DNA of 64,000 nt, taken from NCBI RefSeq assembly GCF_009914755.1, contig NC_060931.1, one strand, 5' to 3'. Below are positions 13,343-28,409 of the stretch, in pieces. Source of the stretch: the human T2T-CHM13v2.0 reference genome, Homo sapiens. Numbering within the stretch: position 1 is the stretch's first letter; each line of letters starts with the position of its first letter. A program made the position numbers and the translations under genes. Below the pieces are notes generated by a model. The model ran no database searches, was not told where the DNA came from, and saw only the letters and a program-made list of their open reading frames with translations.

Positions 13343-15487
13343 TTGAGAACTTCAAGGAAAGATGAAGGTTCAGGTGGCCACCACTTTTCACAGGGGAAGG
13401 AGAGAGTGAAATCTTTATTGGAAAATCCTGTGTGTCAGGAATGTACTAATTACTAAGCATAATTACCGGCTGTGGCCAGCTCCCAGCCCACCCAGCACGG
13501 TCTTCCCATCTGCTTGCAAGGTTGTGCTGGCTTTTAGGGAAGATTCTTTTCTTCATTTCTCCTATGCTGTTCATGTTTACATCCTTCTTTGGTGACAGGC
13601 AGGACTAGGGTCTCATGGGAAGGGTGAGTTTTTGGGGGAGCCAAGGGGAAATCACGGGGAGGGGAATGGGGTGCTGGAAACCGAGCTCACTGGCTTCATG
13701 AAGGTGCTTGACCTTGATCTCTATCCTTCTCATTAGGAGTGCATTCATAGCATTCTTTCTGCAAATTCTGAAGGTCGAATGAAACGGAAATTGCTGGGAA
13801 ACTGCCAAGAGCCTCATTAGAGCTAGTGGCATGTACTTTGTGTATTTTGTAGGGGGTGTGGAGATGCGACACCCAGCACCCCCAGGAGGGATCTGCTGCT
13901 CTAACTGCTGGGGGCGGGGCTGTCAGGTTCTGTCTCTGCGGGGGCGTCACTGCCACTGCGGTCACCCCTCCCTGGGGTGGCCACCTCCCAGGGCTAATTG
14001 CAGGTACGAGAGGACTCTGTGGCATCACATCACCCCAGGCCTCCCTTCACAGGGCCTGCGTCTCCTTTTGACGTGTCCCTCTCCCCAGCCCTCCACAGGT
14101 GCTCGTGCCTGGCAGGCATCTGTCACCTGGAGCCATCTCAGTGTGGGGCAGGGAATAGGGTACTCAAGAGGCTCAACTCTCTCAGCATCCAAGGGCTTCT
14201 GGAAGGCACTGAATGTCAGACTGACTGACAAAAACAAGCCACCAAGGAATGGAAATGTCGAAGCCATTGGACACAGAGCCCTGGAAGCTGCTGAGACGGC
14301 GTGTTTGGTTGGGGCTTCCTCCTGTGCTGATGATTCCTATCGGGCCATATATTTCCTGGCTGCGCTTCCCCGACAAGATGAAGTGCATTCCTGACACACA
14401 GAACTTTCCAATAAAGATTTCATTGTCTCCTTCCTCTGTGAAAAGTGATGAGTGAACTTGATATTTCTCTGTTCAACCTTCATCAATAAAAAATGTTTCT
14501 GGTTGGGTTATTCCTGTTGATTCTTAATGAAGTGGCGTTTTATGAGGTGCCATTCAGTCCTGAACTTCAGAAAGAGCCAGGGATCTTTGGCATGCTAAAG
14601 TGGGTGCTTGAAACTTGGAAATGTATATTAATGGCTGTATGCATACATAACACGGGAGGTAAATACGCAGTTATCAGGGATTTAATACACCTCACCCCGA
14701 AAAGGATATATCACACATTAAAGTGTAATTACCCGCTGGAAATAGAAATAGACGACCTGCCAGACCAGATTTATCACCCGGACTCACATACATCAGCCAC
14801 TGAACCAGATCTAGCACCCGTCGACTCTGACAGATCGCCGCCCCACCCAGACACAAAGCAACTGATTTATCCACAGCACCAGTATACTCAGTCGGTGACC
14901 ACCCTTTGACTGGCATATATTGTCACCTAGTGAAAAATACCTTTGTGACAAATCACACTGGCTGAAAGTGAAATCCACTGTACAGTATGTTTAACTCAGC
15001 CAGGGTTGCCTGGAATGGGCGGGGGTTGGGGGGGTGTTGGCTGGCCTGGCTCTCAGGGCCCTGGCAGGAGGCTGGTTGTGGTGTGGGGAGAGGTGGCCCT
15101 CAGTTCATAAGTCGGTCAGCAATGGTGCATGGCACGCGCCAACCACAGCTCCCTGCAGATGCCTCCCAGGACCATGGATGAGGCTGTCTCAGAGCTGGCT
15201 GCATCCCCCTGCAGACCAGAGGTGGCTCCCTTGCTGGCTGTGGGGCCCAAGGGCAGGAGGCCGCTGCAGAGGGGAGCAGGTTTCACCGTGTGCCTTGATG
15301 AGCTCAGCCTATGCGACTCCTTTTCTTTAACCTTCAGGGACCATTCTGTGTGGGGTGTGGGAGGGGTAGAGAGCTGCCCTTCTGTGCGCGTCCCTAGGGT
15401 TGCTCTCGGAGGCCTTCCTCCTCCCAGGCCATCCTTGGTTACCCTCTAATTTCCAGCGGGATGTGCGCACAGATGCCCACGCGCAGG

Positions 15488-16148
15488 TGTGTGTGTGTAG
15501 TGAATGTGTGTGCTGTGTTTGTGTGTGAGGTGATGGTGGTGGTAGTGTGTGTGTTAGTGTGTGTATCTGCTGTGCTTGTGTGGTTAATGTGTATGCCTGG
15601 TGTGTATGTGTATGTGTGTGAGCTGGTGTGTGTATACGTGTGTGTGTGTGGTTAATGTGTTGTTCATGTATGAGGTGATGGTGGTAGTAGTGTGTGTGTA
15701 TGCATCTGGTGTGTGTACGGTTAGTGTGTGAGTTGGTGTGTGTGTGGTTAATGTGTGTTGTTTGCGTGTGAGGTGATGGTGCTGGTAGTGTGTATGTTAC
15801 AGTGTGCATCTGGTGTGTGTGTGTGCGTGTGTGGTTAGTGTGTGGGTTAGTGTATGTGTGTGAGTTGGTGTGTGTATGCATGTGTGTGTGGTTAGTGTGT
15901 GTTGTGTTTGTGTGTGAGGTGATGGTTGTGTGCACGTTAGTGTGTGCATCTGTGTGTGTGTGTGGGGTTAGTGTGTGTTAGTGTGTATGTCTGGTGTGTG
16001 TGTATGTGAGTTGGTGTGTGTATGTGTGTGGTTAGTGTGTGTTGCGTTTGTGTGTGAGGTGATGGGGGTGGTAGTGTGTATGTTAGTGTATGCATCTGGT
16101 GTGTGTTTGTGGTGTGTGTATGTGTGTGAGCTGGGGCGTGTGTGTATA
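15488..16148. repeat. Degenerate (TG)n-rich array with higher-order unit (~100-150 bp)
   Basis: Recurrent landmark tgaggtgatgg at ~15526, 15671, 15769, 15915, 16055 with repeated ggttagtgtg / catctggtgtg sub-blocks. Confidence 0.9.
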
Positions 16149-17143
16149 CCAGGTAGTATTTGCTTCAGGCTGTAGGTTTACATGGACTGCTGAGCCTGAG
16201 CTAGGACTTGAGGAATGTGGACCAGGGAGCTAGAGGCTTCAGTAGGAAGTACTTCTTTATTTTACAGTCAGAGAAACTGTGTTCTGAAGAGAGTAGTGAT
16301 TTGGAGAACCAAGCTCTCCTGAGTCTCAGCCCAGTGGAGAGGCCACTCTCCACCGAGTATCACCTGAGTCTTCCAGATGTATGCAGTAGGTGTGGCTCAT
16401 TACTGCAGCAGCAGGTGAGAAATGTGGTGTTCCACAAGGCTGCTGGAAGACAGATAACTGTTTTTTGCACCAACTGAGCCTAAAGCTGCATTTAATTCCA
16501 GGCTCTGTCAGTTAGAAGTGAGGTATGCAGAAGGTGCCAGCATTTGAAACTTGATGGATAAAAGAAGGTCATTAAGGAACACAAACTTCAAAGTTAATTT
16601 GCCACCGTTTTTTTTTTTTTCACAACACTTGCCTTTACCATTATGTATAGAAAGGGGCAGGGGGTCTGTTCCCACTCCCACCATAAGACTTGAGCACCCA
16701 CAACCAGTGACTCTGTCTTTGCCTCTAACAAATTGATTGGGGGGAGGGGAGGGGACATCATGGGGAGGTAGCCCAGCTGGGAACGAATGACACACATTTC
16801 TGTGCTGTGGGCTCAGGGAGGCAGCAGGAGAGTAATATAAAGATCTTGCTTCCAGTCCTGGTTACGCCACAGTCTAAAGTCTGTCACAGACAAACAAGAC
16901 AAAGAGAGGAGATGAAGGAAGCTGATGACTGCATTTGGGAGACATCCAAAGAGGGTGCATGACAGAGGACAACAGGACTGTGATGTGCTGCTGGAGAAAA
17001 TTCAAAATTAGGAACGGGGAAATAAAAGGAAATGAGACTGTCCCAAATGAAAAGACAGGTATGTGGGAAGGTATGCCCTATAATAGCAAAGAGGGTGAAA
17101 AGAAAAGACAATTGGGGCATGGAAACATCGCCTAAATTTTAGC

Positions 17144-18232
17144 ACCATCATCATCACCATCATCACCATAATCACCATCACCAGTATCATCATCATCACC
17201 ATCTTCATCACCACCATCACCATCACTATCATCACCATCACCACTATGATCATCACCATCACTATCATCATCACCATCACCACTATCACCATCATCATCA
17301 TCACCACCATCACCATCACCACTATCATCATCATCATCATCACTATCATCACCATCATCATCACCACCATCACCATCACCACTATCACCATCATCACCAT
17401 CATCACCATCACCACTATCATCACTATCATAATCATCACCATCATTATCACCATCGTCATCACTATCATCATTGTCACCATCATCACTATCATCACCATC
17501 ACCATCATCACCATCACCACCATCATAATCATTACTATTGCCATCATTGTCACCATCATATCATCATCATCACCACCATCATCACTATTGTCATCATCAC
17601 TACCATCACCATCATCACTGTCATCACCATCATTGTCACCATGATCATCATCACCATCATAACCATCACCACCATCATCACCAACATCATCACTATTACC
17701 ATTGTCACTATGATTGTCACCATCATCGTCATTACTATCATCACCATCACCACTGTCATATCACCATCATTGTCACCATCATCATCATCACAATCACCAT
17801 AATCATCATCACCACCATCATCACCAACATCATTACTATTACCATCTTCATCACCATCATTATCACCATCATCATCACTATCATCACCATCATCATCATC
17901 ACCATCACCATTATCATTATGACCACCATCATCACTGTCGTCAGTATCGTCACCACCATCATCATTATCATCACCACCATCACCGTCATCATCACCATCA
18001 TTATCATCACTATCATCATCACTACCATCATCATCATCACCATTATTATCACCATCATCAACATCATCATCACCACCACCATCACCAACACCATCATCAC
18101 CACCACCATCACCAACACCATCATCACCACCACCATCACCAACACCATCATCACCACCACCATCATCATCATCACCGTCATCACAATCAGCAGCATCATT
18201 ATTCTTACCTTCAGCACCAGCACCATCATCAT
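17144..18232. repeat. Long imperfect (CAT/CAC)n trinucleotide array, ~1.09 kb
   Basis: Direct reading; contains a near-perfect 24-bp sub-repeat (caccaccaccatcaccaacaccat)-like x3 at ~18070-18160. Confidence 0.95.
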
Positions 18233-18749
18233 CCTTACTTGTGCAGAACATTGAAGGTTACAAAGTAGTTTCACAGTCGAATGTAATCAATTTGCATGAC
18301 CTTCAAGGCGTGGTTTATTATTCTTATTTTATCAGCGGAATAATGAGGCTCAGGAAGATCAGAGCCTAGGCCATCTGATTTCAAGTATGGCAAAAATGAG
18401 TGATCTAGAGAACATAACGTAGAACCTGGAAGGCCCACGATGGGCCAATCAGGCCACACGTGGCTCTCAGCTGCAGGCATCCTCTGAAAGGCATGGTCCC
18501 ACCCACAGGTGGTCTGTGGAACCTGGAGCCACTAGTCATGGGAGCTGACTGGGCCTGGACAACCCATGACAATCTCTAATCTCAGGTCAGAAACGAGAAA
18601 ACAGTAAGGAAAGGGGGGACAGGACTTCGTGAAAGTGATAGAAGGACCCATGCAAACTTCAATTGCTACTGAAATAAAAAGAAGCAAAGAAAAGATCGTG
18701 GTTGCTATGAATAGAAGTGCATCACCCCAGGATTTTCCAATTTGGACAA

Positions 18750-18870
18750 TTTTCCAGAACCATAAAATGGAGATAATAGTACCTGTTTCACCAGGTTGTC
18801 AAGAAGATAATATATGTAAAGTGCTTAAAACAATGATAATAGCTCATGGTAAGAGCTCAACCAATGTTAG
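18750..18870 (+). mobile_element. MIR 3' fragment
   Basis: taaaatggagataatagtacc...ggttgt...atgtaaagtgctta. Confidence 0.65.
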
Positions 18871-18884
18871 ATGCTGTTCTTGTT

Positions 18885-19015
18885 GCTCTCTTCCCCCTTC
18901 CTCCCTTTTCTTCCTCCTTTTCACTTTTTCCTTTCCTCTCCCTTCTCCCCCTTCTCACCCTCCTTCTCCTTCTCCTCCCCCTCCCCTCATCTCCTCCTCC
19001 TCATTTTTTCCTCTT
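18885..19015. repeat. CT-rich polypyrimidine low-complexity tract
   Basis: Almost pure C/T for ~130 bp. Confidence 0.85.
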
Positions 19016-19651
19016 ATTCTTGGCCAGGCTGGGGTGCTGGGACAGAGCAGAGGAGTGGCCATTGCTGTTGGTGGCTGTGCGGTACCCAGGAAGCTGAGTG
19101 CAGGAGGCCAGCTTGTCCTCCCACTTATAACCAAGGGCTCCACTCACCCCGGGCCCACAGGCTGCTCCTCTAATGTCCACTGGTTGGAAAGGCAGAGAGG
19201 GCTTTTCCCAGGCCCAAGACCTCCATGTGGAGAAGGCCCTCAGCCTTCTTCCCCAGGGAGTAACTGAAAAGTGATGTGATGTTCTCCCCGCCATCTTCCT
19301 GGGTAAATATTTAATAATAACGGAGGAGGCAGGTATCTTCCTATGCTTCCTGTTAGGAGAAAACCGCTTTCCACATCTGCACCTTGGGGCTACTTCTGAA
19401 CCAAGCTGCTTTTCTGAAGACTGGTTCCAGTTTGGTCATTTGGAGCCCAGATCTTTTTGCTCAAAGATCCATTGTTCCCAGTGATGCTTACCTGCTGACA
19501 GTCTTCCCCATAGACAGTGCAGCAGAGCTGCGGGAAGCATAGTCCTGGCCTGAGTTTGTGGACTTGGGGATGAAAGAATTATTTCTTTTAATGGGTACGG
19601 GGCCAGCTCAAACACAGTTTTAAAAAATTTCTGCGTGTGTATTCTTTCTAA

Positions 19652-19941
<290 letters not shown>

Positions 19942-19949
19942 CTAATTTC

Positions 19950-21252
<1,303 letters not shown>

Positions 21253-22104
21253 CAAAGAATCTAGATGAAGTTCTCATTCTAATCATTTTATCTCTTTCCT
21301 CGCAGCCCATCTTACCTTGTAGCCCACTCTTCTCCTGCCTAACACTGTCCTAGAACCCTCAGGGTACCTTTCGTATCCATCCATCCCACTCTGGCACTCC
21401 ACCCAGGCTGGTGTCACGAGACGTGTCCCGTGTTCCAGGTAGCTACTTCTCCCCATCTACCTCCCCATTCACCCCCATTGTCACAGTTGTTGAGGAGGCT
21501 TAGAGAAAAGGTGCTCAATTGTCCATTTAACAGAGACGTGAGACTGACTCACAACCCCTGAATTCTTTAGACATTTGCATTTTGAAAATATTAATCTCTC
21601 ATTTGTTCTGAATTTTGCTGCTAAAGACCCAAATTAATTTAAAACCAGAATCCCTAGATCTCTTAATCTCTTCTTCACCTGTAAAATGACCCTATCAGAC
21701 TCTAAGGATTAATTTCTAAAGTCTTATCTGACCAAAAGGATTAAACGTGAGAAAGGGAATGGAATGAAGAGAACAGTGTCGGCAGTGGTCGGGGTGGTGA
21801 GTGTCTGCCACAGAGGGAGGAGATTGCTCTTGCTTTTCAATTTCCTCCCACCTTTCACTTCTGAAATGTCGGAGTCTCGAAAAGCTCCCCTGAATTTTAT
21901 TTTCAAGCCCACAGAGTCCCCCTGGCAGCAGGATAGGGAGGCCTAGGGATGGGAAGGGCACAGAGGTGACTGCAGCCCCTGCGTAGATGTCTGACTGGTA
22001 AATTGGGGGCTTACAAGGGACCTTTGGTAATTCAGCCCCTCTTATGAAAGACTCCACTGGAGAGCCAGTGCCAGTGCTCCCAGCCTGCCTGTAACATGCC
22101 TGGT

Positions 22105-22560
22105 AGTTCTCAAATCTGCTGCGCAATCCAGCCACCCGGAGTGGGGGTGGAGGCAGCTTGTTAGAAATTTAGTGTGTAGGGTCTCACCCCCAGAGGGTCT
22201 GATTCTGTGAGCCTGGGACCCAGAAATCAGGACTGTTTTTTTTTTGAGACAGGGTCTGCGTCATCTAGGCTGGAGTGCAGTGGCACAATCATGGCTCTCT
22301 GCAGCCTTGACCTCCTGGGGCTCAAGTGATCCCCGCACCTTAGTACCTGAGTAGCTGGGACTACAGGCGTGCTCCACCATGCCTGGTTAACTTTTTTTTT
22401 TTGAGAGGTGGGGTTTTGCTATGTTGCCCAGGCTGGTCTTGAACTCCTGAGCTCAAACGATCCCACTTTCTCGGTCTCCCAAAGTGCTGGGATTACAGAC
22501 ACCCGGCCTCAGAAATGGGAACTTTTGCCAAGCAATACAGGTGATTCTGATACAGGGCCA
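22105..22560. mobile_element. MER5-like DNA transposon relic split by an AluJ
   Basis: agttctcaaa...cttgttagaaat...ccccagag..tctgattc and, after the Alu, caggtgattctgat. Confidence 0.6.
22236..22508 (-). mobile_element. AluJ
   Basis: J diagnostics (gacagggtct, atcatggctc.ctgcagccttgacctcc, ctatgttgcccaggctgg, gagctcaa). Confidence 0.85.
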
Positions 22561-22739
22561 TTTTATGGACAAAGAAACCAAGTTGAAATAGTGGCCTAGG
22601 GAGTCACAGCTGGTCATGCTGTCAGGATCCGCACTTGAACCTTGGTCTGTTAAGTTCCACAGCCTGGTTCCTTCCACTGGGTCATTCTGCCTCTCTGTTG
22701 AATCAATACTGGACTAACCTTCATAATTGGCACCTCAAG

Positions 22740-22950
22740 GAAGCAAGGAGCGTGTATGGGGCTTGGTATGTTCCCAGCTATGCGGTGCTCTGCACATGTG
22801 ATCTCATGTCAGCCTCACGCCATGCTGCAGGGTTGTCTGGTGTGATATTTGCACTGTCCCTGTTTTATGAATGAGCATGTTTGAGGGCCAGAGAGGGAAA
22901 ATTATTGGCTCAAGGTCACCCAGCCAGAGAATGGCAGAGTCAGCATGACT
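22740..22950 (-). mobile_element. MIR
   Basis: ccctgttttatgaatgag...gagggccagagagggaaa...caaggtcacccagc. Confidence 0.6.
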
Positions 22951-23796
22951 GTGATTCAAGACAACCTTCCTCTTTTTATCACATGGGACAGCTGGTGGAT
23001 GTTGATGTTGCCACCTCCCCAGGGGTCCCCTCAGGTCTCTTTCCTGTGACTTCCATGGCTATGCCATTGTCTCTGGTGTTTGTGGTAGGAGCCTGGAGAA
23101 CATCTGGGCACAGTGCAGCTCCTGTTTTCTGAGCTTTCAGGGCCTTCTGCAGGTGACATTCCTAAATTTATGGAGTCCCCTTCATCTGCCTCCCTCCTCA
23201 TTTCCTTCTGGGTTCTGGAGGTCATAAAGTAGCCTCTTTCCAGGCCACAAGGATGGTGATATTTTACCAAGGCTGCTTCTTGGATCTTCCTCTTTGAGTG
23301 TTAGATTGTTCTTTTACCTTAAAGTGGAGAGCACATTCCGGGAAGGTACATATATTTTTTTCCAATTGATTTCTTGTCAGGTCTAACAAGATCAATCAAA
23401 TCATATGGCCAATAAAACTGATTTAGCACTCATAAAGTCCCATGACATCTCATATGTGCTGAGAATGAATGACAAGGAGGCAAAACTGCTGGTCACAGGA
23501 GAACGCTGTATCCATGTGCTCAGTGGCCAAGGCTCCCTTCCCACCCAACAGAAAAATGCCAGCCAGACAGAGGCAGGCAGCCCCTCGGGTGCTGGTGGGA
23601 AGCCATGCCCACCAGAGTGGCACCAGGAAAGACCCCATCTTCGAGCTAGGAGGGGAAGAAAGCAGGAACTACAGCCTGAGGGTGCCAATAGAAAGATGGA
23701 AAACCAGAAATGTCCAGAGAAAATATAACTCAGAAACTTGAAACTGTCCAGTTTGATCTTGTATTGGGAAGTTCTGTTGCTCACCCCCATCCACTG

Positions 23797-24154
23797 TGTA
23801 TTAGTCTGTTTTCACGCTGCTGATGTAGGCATACCCAAGACTGGGTAATTATAAAGGAAAAGAGGTTTAATGGACTCACAGTTCCACGTGGCTGGGGAGG
23901 CCTCACAATCATGGCCGAAGGTGAAAGGCACATCTTACATGGCGGCAGGCAAGAGAATGAGAACCAAGTGAAAGGGATTTCCCCTTATAAAACCAGAAGA
24001 TCTCGTGAGACTTATTCACTACCACAAGAACAGTATGGGGGAAACCGCCCCCGTGACTCAATTATCTCCCACCAGGTCCCTCCCACACCACAGGGGAATT
24101 AAGGAGCTACAATTCAAGATGAGATTTGGGTGGGGACACAGCCAAACTATATCA
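23797..24154 (-). mobile_element. MaLR LTR, THE1 family
   Basis: tgtattagtctgttttcacgctgctgat ... gggacacagccaaactatatca; TSD cactg/cgctg. Confidence 0.9.
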
Positions 24155-24949
24155 CGCTGTCTAATTAATAAGTGTGCTCATATGGCTAGGATTGGACTTC
24201 ATGTCCTGGCCCTTCTTGGATCATTGCTGCTCTGGAGCTGGCTCTGAGATAGGCCCAAAGGATCCTCCCATAGGAATTTGAAAGCAGGCACTTAGAGACT
24301 GAGCCAAGAGTGGAGGAACAGAGGAGAAGTCTGTGCTTGCATGGTAGCTCGTCTCATTAATGGGAGTCACTAGGCTGAAGGGCATAGAATCCTTTGGCTG
24401 AGATCCCTAGAAGGACCTCTGTGCCTATTTCTCCAGCTACTTTGGGGATCCCTGAAACCTGTACCCTACAATAAATTATATTGCAGACAACCAAATGAAA
24501 TCAGATTTCTTTGAGGGAATGATTTGTCCCAGTTCATGGAAATCTTGGAAGTGAGAAGTTTTATGTAAAGTGAGCTTTAGAGACTGTGTGGCCGTAGCAT
24601 TGCTGATTTGTGGGCTGCAGAAGTATTTCTTGTAGGCTGCCCTTTAACATTTTTAAATATTTTTAGGTGTTCATGTAGACTCTCCAGTTTACCCCAGTCT
24701 CTACCACTCCCTCTTGTCTGACCCCTTGTCTACATCACACAGTGTCATTCCTTGCTGGCCCCTGAGGACATTCAGCTGGTGACTCCGGATTGAGCCCAAC
24801 CCTCTGACTTTATAGAGAGGTGCAGTCACTTACCCAAAGCTACACAGGGGTTAGCATGGCAGGGGCAAGAGCTAAGATTTTTCTAACTTCCAGGAAGAGT
24901 GGAAATGGAATGCCAGCCTTCTGAAAGAACCTGTGATATGGACGCTGTT

Positions 24950-25620
24950 GTCAAATATACATTGATTGAATCCCTAATATGTGCACTGGTAGGTGCTGGA
25001 AATAACAACGTGGACAAGAACAAGACCTTGATCTGGTGGGGCTCACATTCTCATGGAGAGAGACAGATCGTGTTCTATTAAGCAGTAGTTGGCATGAAGA
25101 AGAAAAAGAAAGCATGGTGGGAGATGGAGCATGGAGACAGTGCTAGTTTGCACAGGGGGTTCTTGGGGAAGTGCTGACGCAGGTGAGGGATGAGCAGTTG
25201 GGCAACGTGGGGATGAGCATCCAGGTTGAGGGACGGGACAAAGGACCTGGTGGACAAATCAACCTGGGGGTTTGAGAAACAGCAAGAGGAAGAGGGAGGG
25301 GCCAGGTGCAATGGCTCACACCTGTAATCCCAGCACGTTGGGAGGCTGAGGCGGGCAGATCACTTGACCCCAGGAGTTTGAGACCAGCCTGGGCAATACA
25401 GTGAGACTTTGTCTCAGCAACAACGACAACAACAACAACAACAACAACAAAAAAAAAAAAAAAAAAAAAAAAGGAAGAGGGAGGGCAACGTGTGCAGGTG
25501 TTCCAGGCCAAGGTAAAGCTTTTAGCTCTGTTCTCAAGTGGCTTGAGAAGCTTCTGGAGGGTTTGAACAGAAAGGTGAGTTCATTGCGCTTCTGATCGGA
25601 CAGCATCATTCGGGCTGGTG
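24950..25620 (-). mobile_element. L2 fragment split by a monomeric Alu
   Basis: attgattgaatccctaatatgtgc...taggtgctgg; ggggctcacattctcatgg; gagggtttgaacag. Confidence 0.6.
25299..25470 (+). mobile_element. FLAM-type left Alu monomer with (CAA)n-poly(A) tail
   Basis: Single left arm; TSD aggaagagggaggg on both sides. Confidence 0.85.
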
Positions 25621-27547
25621 TGGTGGTGGAAGAGAGCAGGCCACGGTCAGGTCAGGCGAGGGGCCAGTGTGGGGCCACCGCAGTGCCGCAGGTCAGAGCA
25701 GCAGCCGCAGAGGCCGTGGGAGGGGTGCTGCCTGCTTAATGGAGCTTCACAATGCACATTTGTATCTTAACAGCTTTCAGAAGCCTCCACTTAACGATGA
25801 TAACCAGCACCACAAACCCTGCATTTCCCAAATTATGACACCCTTTCCCCCCCCCCATTACTACAATTGATATCCTGCAAAACTGATTTCTGGAAAACAC
25901 AATTTGGCAAACTCTACTCCTCTTTCTGCTCCATGCAATTTCAAATAATCAGGTTACCAGGGAGGGTGGTGGTTGATAGGTCCCCTGCAAAGCATTCTGA
26001 CTCTGCTCCATCCTGTCTACCCCGTGGGTATCAATTAGGGCCATTCCTTACAGCTGGTCCAGCTGTATCAACTCAACATACTCTATCTGGAGCAAACACC
26101 ACCCCTTCTCTGCAATCTAGCTGGGGAGATAAATTCAGTGAATCTGTGAATGACTCGATGTGAATCAGATTTATTTGAGAGGAGGGAGGGGAGGTGATGG
26201 CTCGCAAAGACTGCTGTTCCCCACCGGGCGATTCGAGCCCAGGCCGTTTGCCTCTGGTTCTGCCCGCTCAATGCCTTGTACTGCTGAGGCTGCAGGTGAG
26301 TAAAAGCTCAGCAATGTCTAGAAAGGTCTCAGAGGGCATAGACCTACCTATTTCCCTCCCTCCAACGCTGGCTTATAACTCACCTGCTGCCAACCCTAAG
26401 CTGACCTCTGAGTTTTATTGTTGTTTGCTGGCATCAGAGAAGGTTACTAAATTGAAATGTTGAGCTGGGCAATATTAAAGATTCTGTCTGGTTTTAGAGC
26501 TTTGGGGCCGATAAAGGCCGAGTAGAGCGGCTCTTAGTGGCTTAGTGTTGTGAGGATGTGGGGAGGCTGTAGCTTTGGACACAGAATGAGAAGGAGGTCA
26601 GTTAGGGCTTTCTAGCGTGTTCTTTATGCTCCAGGCTCTGGGGGAGGTAGCACGAGTCCTCTTGGGTATCTCTGCTGTTATGTCACCTGGGTGAGTACCT
26701 GTATTTATTGAATGTCCTTGGGCCAGGCTTGTGCATTCACAGACATTGACAACTGGAGTCCCTCGAGGCACTCTGCAAAGCGCCCTGGGCCTTACACTCC
26801 CACCTTTTGTTGCCTGATTGTGGGAGGAGGGCAGGAGTTGGACTTTCTGCAGCTGGGTCCTCATCTGTGGAGACTGGGCTGCCCGCAGGCCTCCCAGGCC
26901 CCCATCCTGTGCTCTGTGACTGACTCTTGCATGCTCATGCCCAGGTGCTTGTGAGCTCTCACCCATTCCCAGGAGCGGGCAGGCTGGAGATGAGGAATTG
27001 TGGTCTTTTGCATTGGGCCGTCTCCCCTTTCATCAGTGACTGGAATGACCCTAACGGGAGTGATGTGAGTTGTGGGTCCATCCCAGCAGCTCCTCCAGCC
27101 GCCACGTCGGGGTGTGTGGCAGCAGCCAGTCCCCAGGAGCTGTTTGGTGCTGCCAGGCGCGGCATGCCGCACAAGGCTGGTGCTTGGTGAAGCTTGAGTG
27201 TGTGTGCGTCTTTTCGTGCATTTTCAACTCCCCTTCACCCAAAGCTTAGCCAGAGCTTCAGAGATAGGAAGAAGCACCCACATCCCAGGACCAGAATTAC
27301 ACAATCATAAATGTGTGCAAGTGGGAGACAGCTCAGAATCCCAAAAGCTTGCTACAGCGTGACAGATGAGATCAGTCCACATGGGCAAATTATTTAATTG
27401 ATAAATGACCTATATGAGTTTTGGAAGACTAACGGCAGCAAGACTATCTTGCAACAATTCCCAAGCAATGTCCTCTAACAAACAGCTATTGTTTGTGGCA
27501 TCAACATAGTGGTAATTCTTTGGTCTCCAACACCAGGCTCAGGGGTG

Positions 27548-27555
27548 TGACGTCA
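27548..27555. promoter_or_regulatory. Perfect CRE palindrome TGACGTCA
   Basis: Exact CREB/ATF consensus with intact CpG, ~0.9 kb upstream of the CpG island core; function not shown. Confidence 0.45.
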
Positions 27556-28409
27556 GTGAGCGGTTCACAGGCCCTGCTGCTTCCCATGCAAGACTCAGCA
27601 TCTTGCAGGTGCCAGGGCCCCTGGGGGTTTCCAGCCTGGGATGGATGAGTCTCTACCCTCTGGAAGAGCTCTCCCTTTCTGCATGTAACCCCGGGCGAGG
27701 GAAAGCAGAACTTGGGGGGAGACTGTAAAACCCAGAGTAAGGTGGACCCTGGGCAGAGTGGGGGAGCTCACACCTGCAAGCTGCGTGCAACCGAAAGGCT
27801 GGCGACCTGTAGCTTGTCAGATTCAGATATGGTGCAGGTGAGGGCCTGGCAAACATTTAGTTTAATTTCTGAGACCGTTAGAGACAAGGTTAAATTCCAG
27901 GTGAACGCGGTTCCAGAGTGGCTGGGATTCCCACTCTCAGATGGGAACCCTTCAGACAAGAGTAAAACAGGAGGGACTTCTTCGCCGCCCGCCCTGCGGT
28001 GTGTGCCACGGAGGCCGCTGGGTGGGGGCGTCCAAATGTGGAAGCGTTCCTCCAGCATGCGTGGATATCCTGAGGACTCACGGACACCGATTCCCTCTTC
28101 CGGGCCCAGACGTCCTAATTCCCGTCCCCCTTGAGGTGAGATCCCGTTTTCCCCCAGCCAAAGGGACTCCGGAGCCGCATTCACCTGACTTGGCTGCCAG
28201 CGCCCGCCTTCCTCGAGTTCTCAGGGCAAGGGGCTGTGGTGCATTTTCTGGGGATGGTTTGTGGATGTGGAAGAGGGAAATCCTTTCAGGGATTTTAGTC
28301 ATTTGGCAATTGGTGATTTTCATATGACGTGCTGGTTTTAGGGGCCAACTCTGATAAGCTGGGACGCCCTCCCCTTGATTCTAGAACAGAAGGCATTTTG
28401 GGCTAAGGA

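Noticed and set aside
14493-14909. 138-aa ORF with hydrophobic N-terminus
   Set aside because: No recognisable family, weak start context, no supporting promoter; better explained as non-coding. PhyloCSF would settle it.
15327-16175. His/Thr-rich and Val/Cys-rich ORFs
   Set aside because: Translations of the (TG)n array.
17008-18274. Long poly-His, poly-Ile/Thr, poly-Asp/Gly and poly-Met/Val ORFs (130-240 aa)
   Set aside because: Artefacts of the CAT/CAC trinucleotide array; open in many frames on both strands with no exon context.
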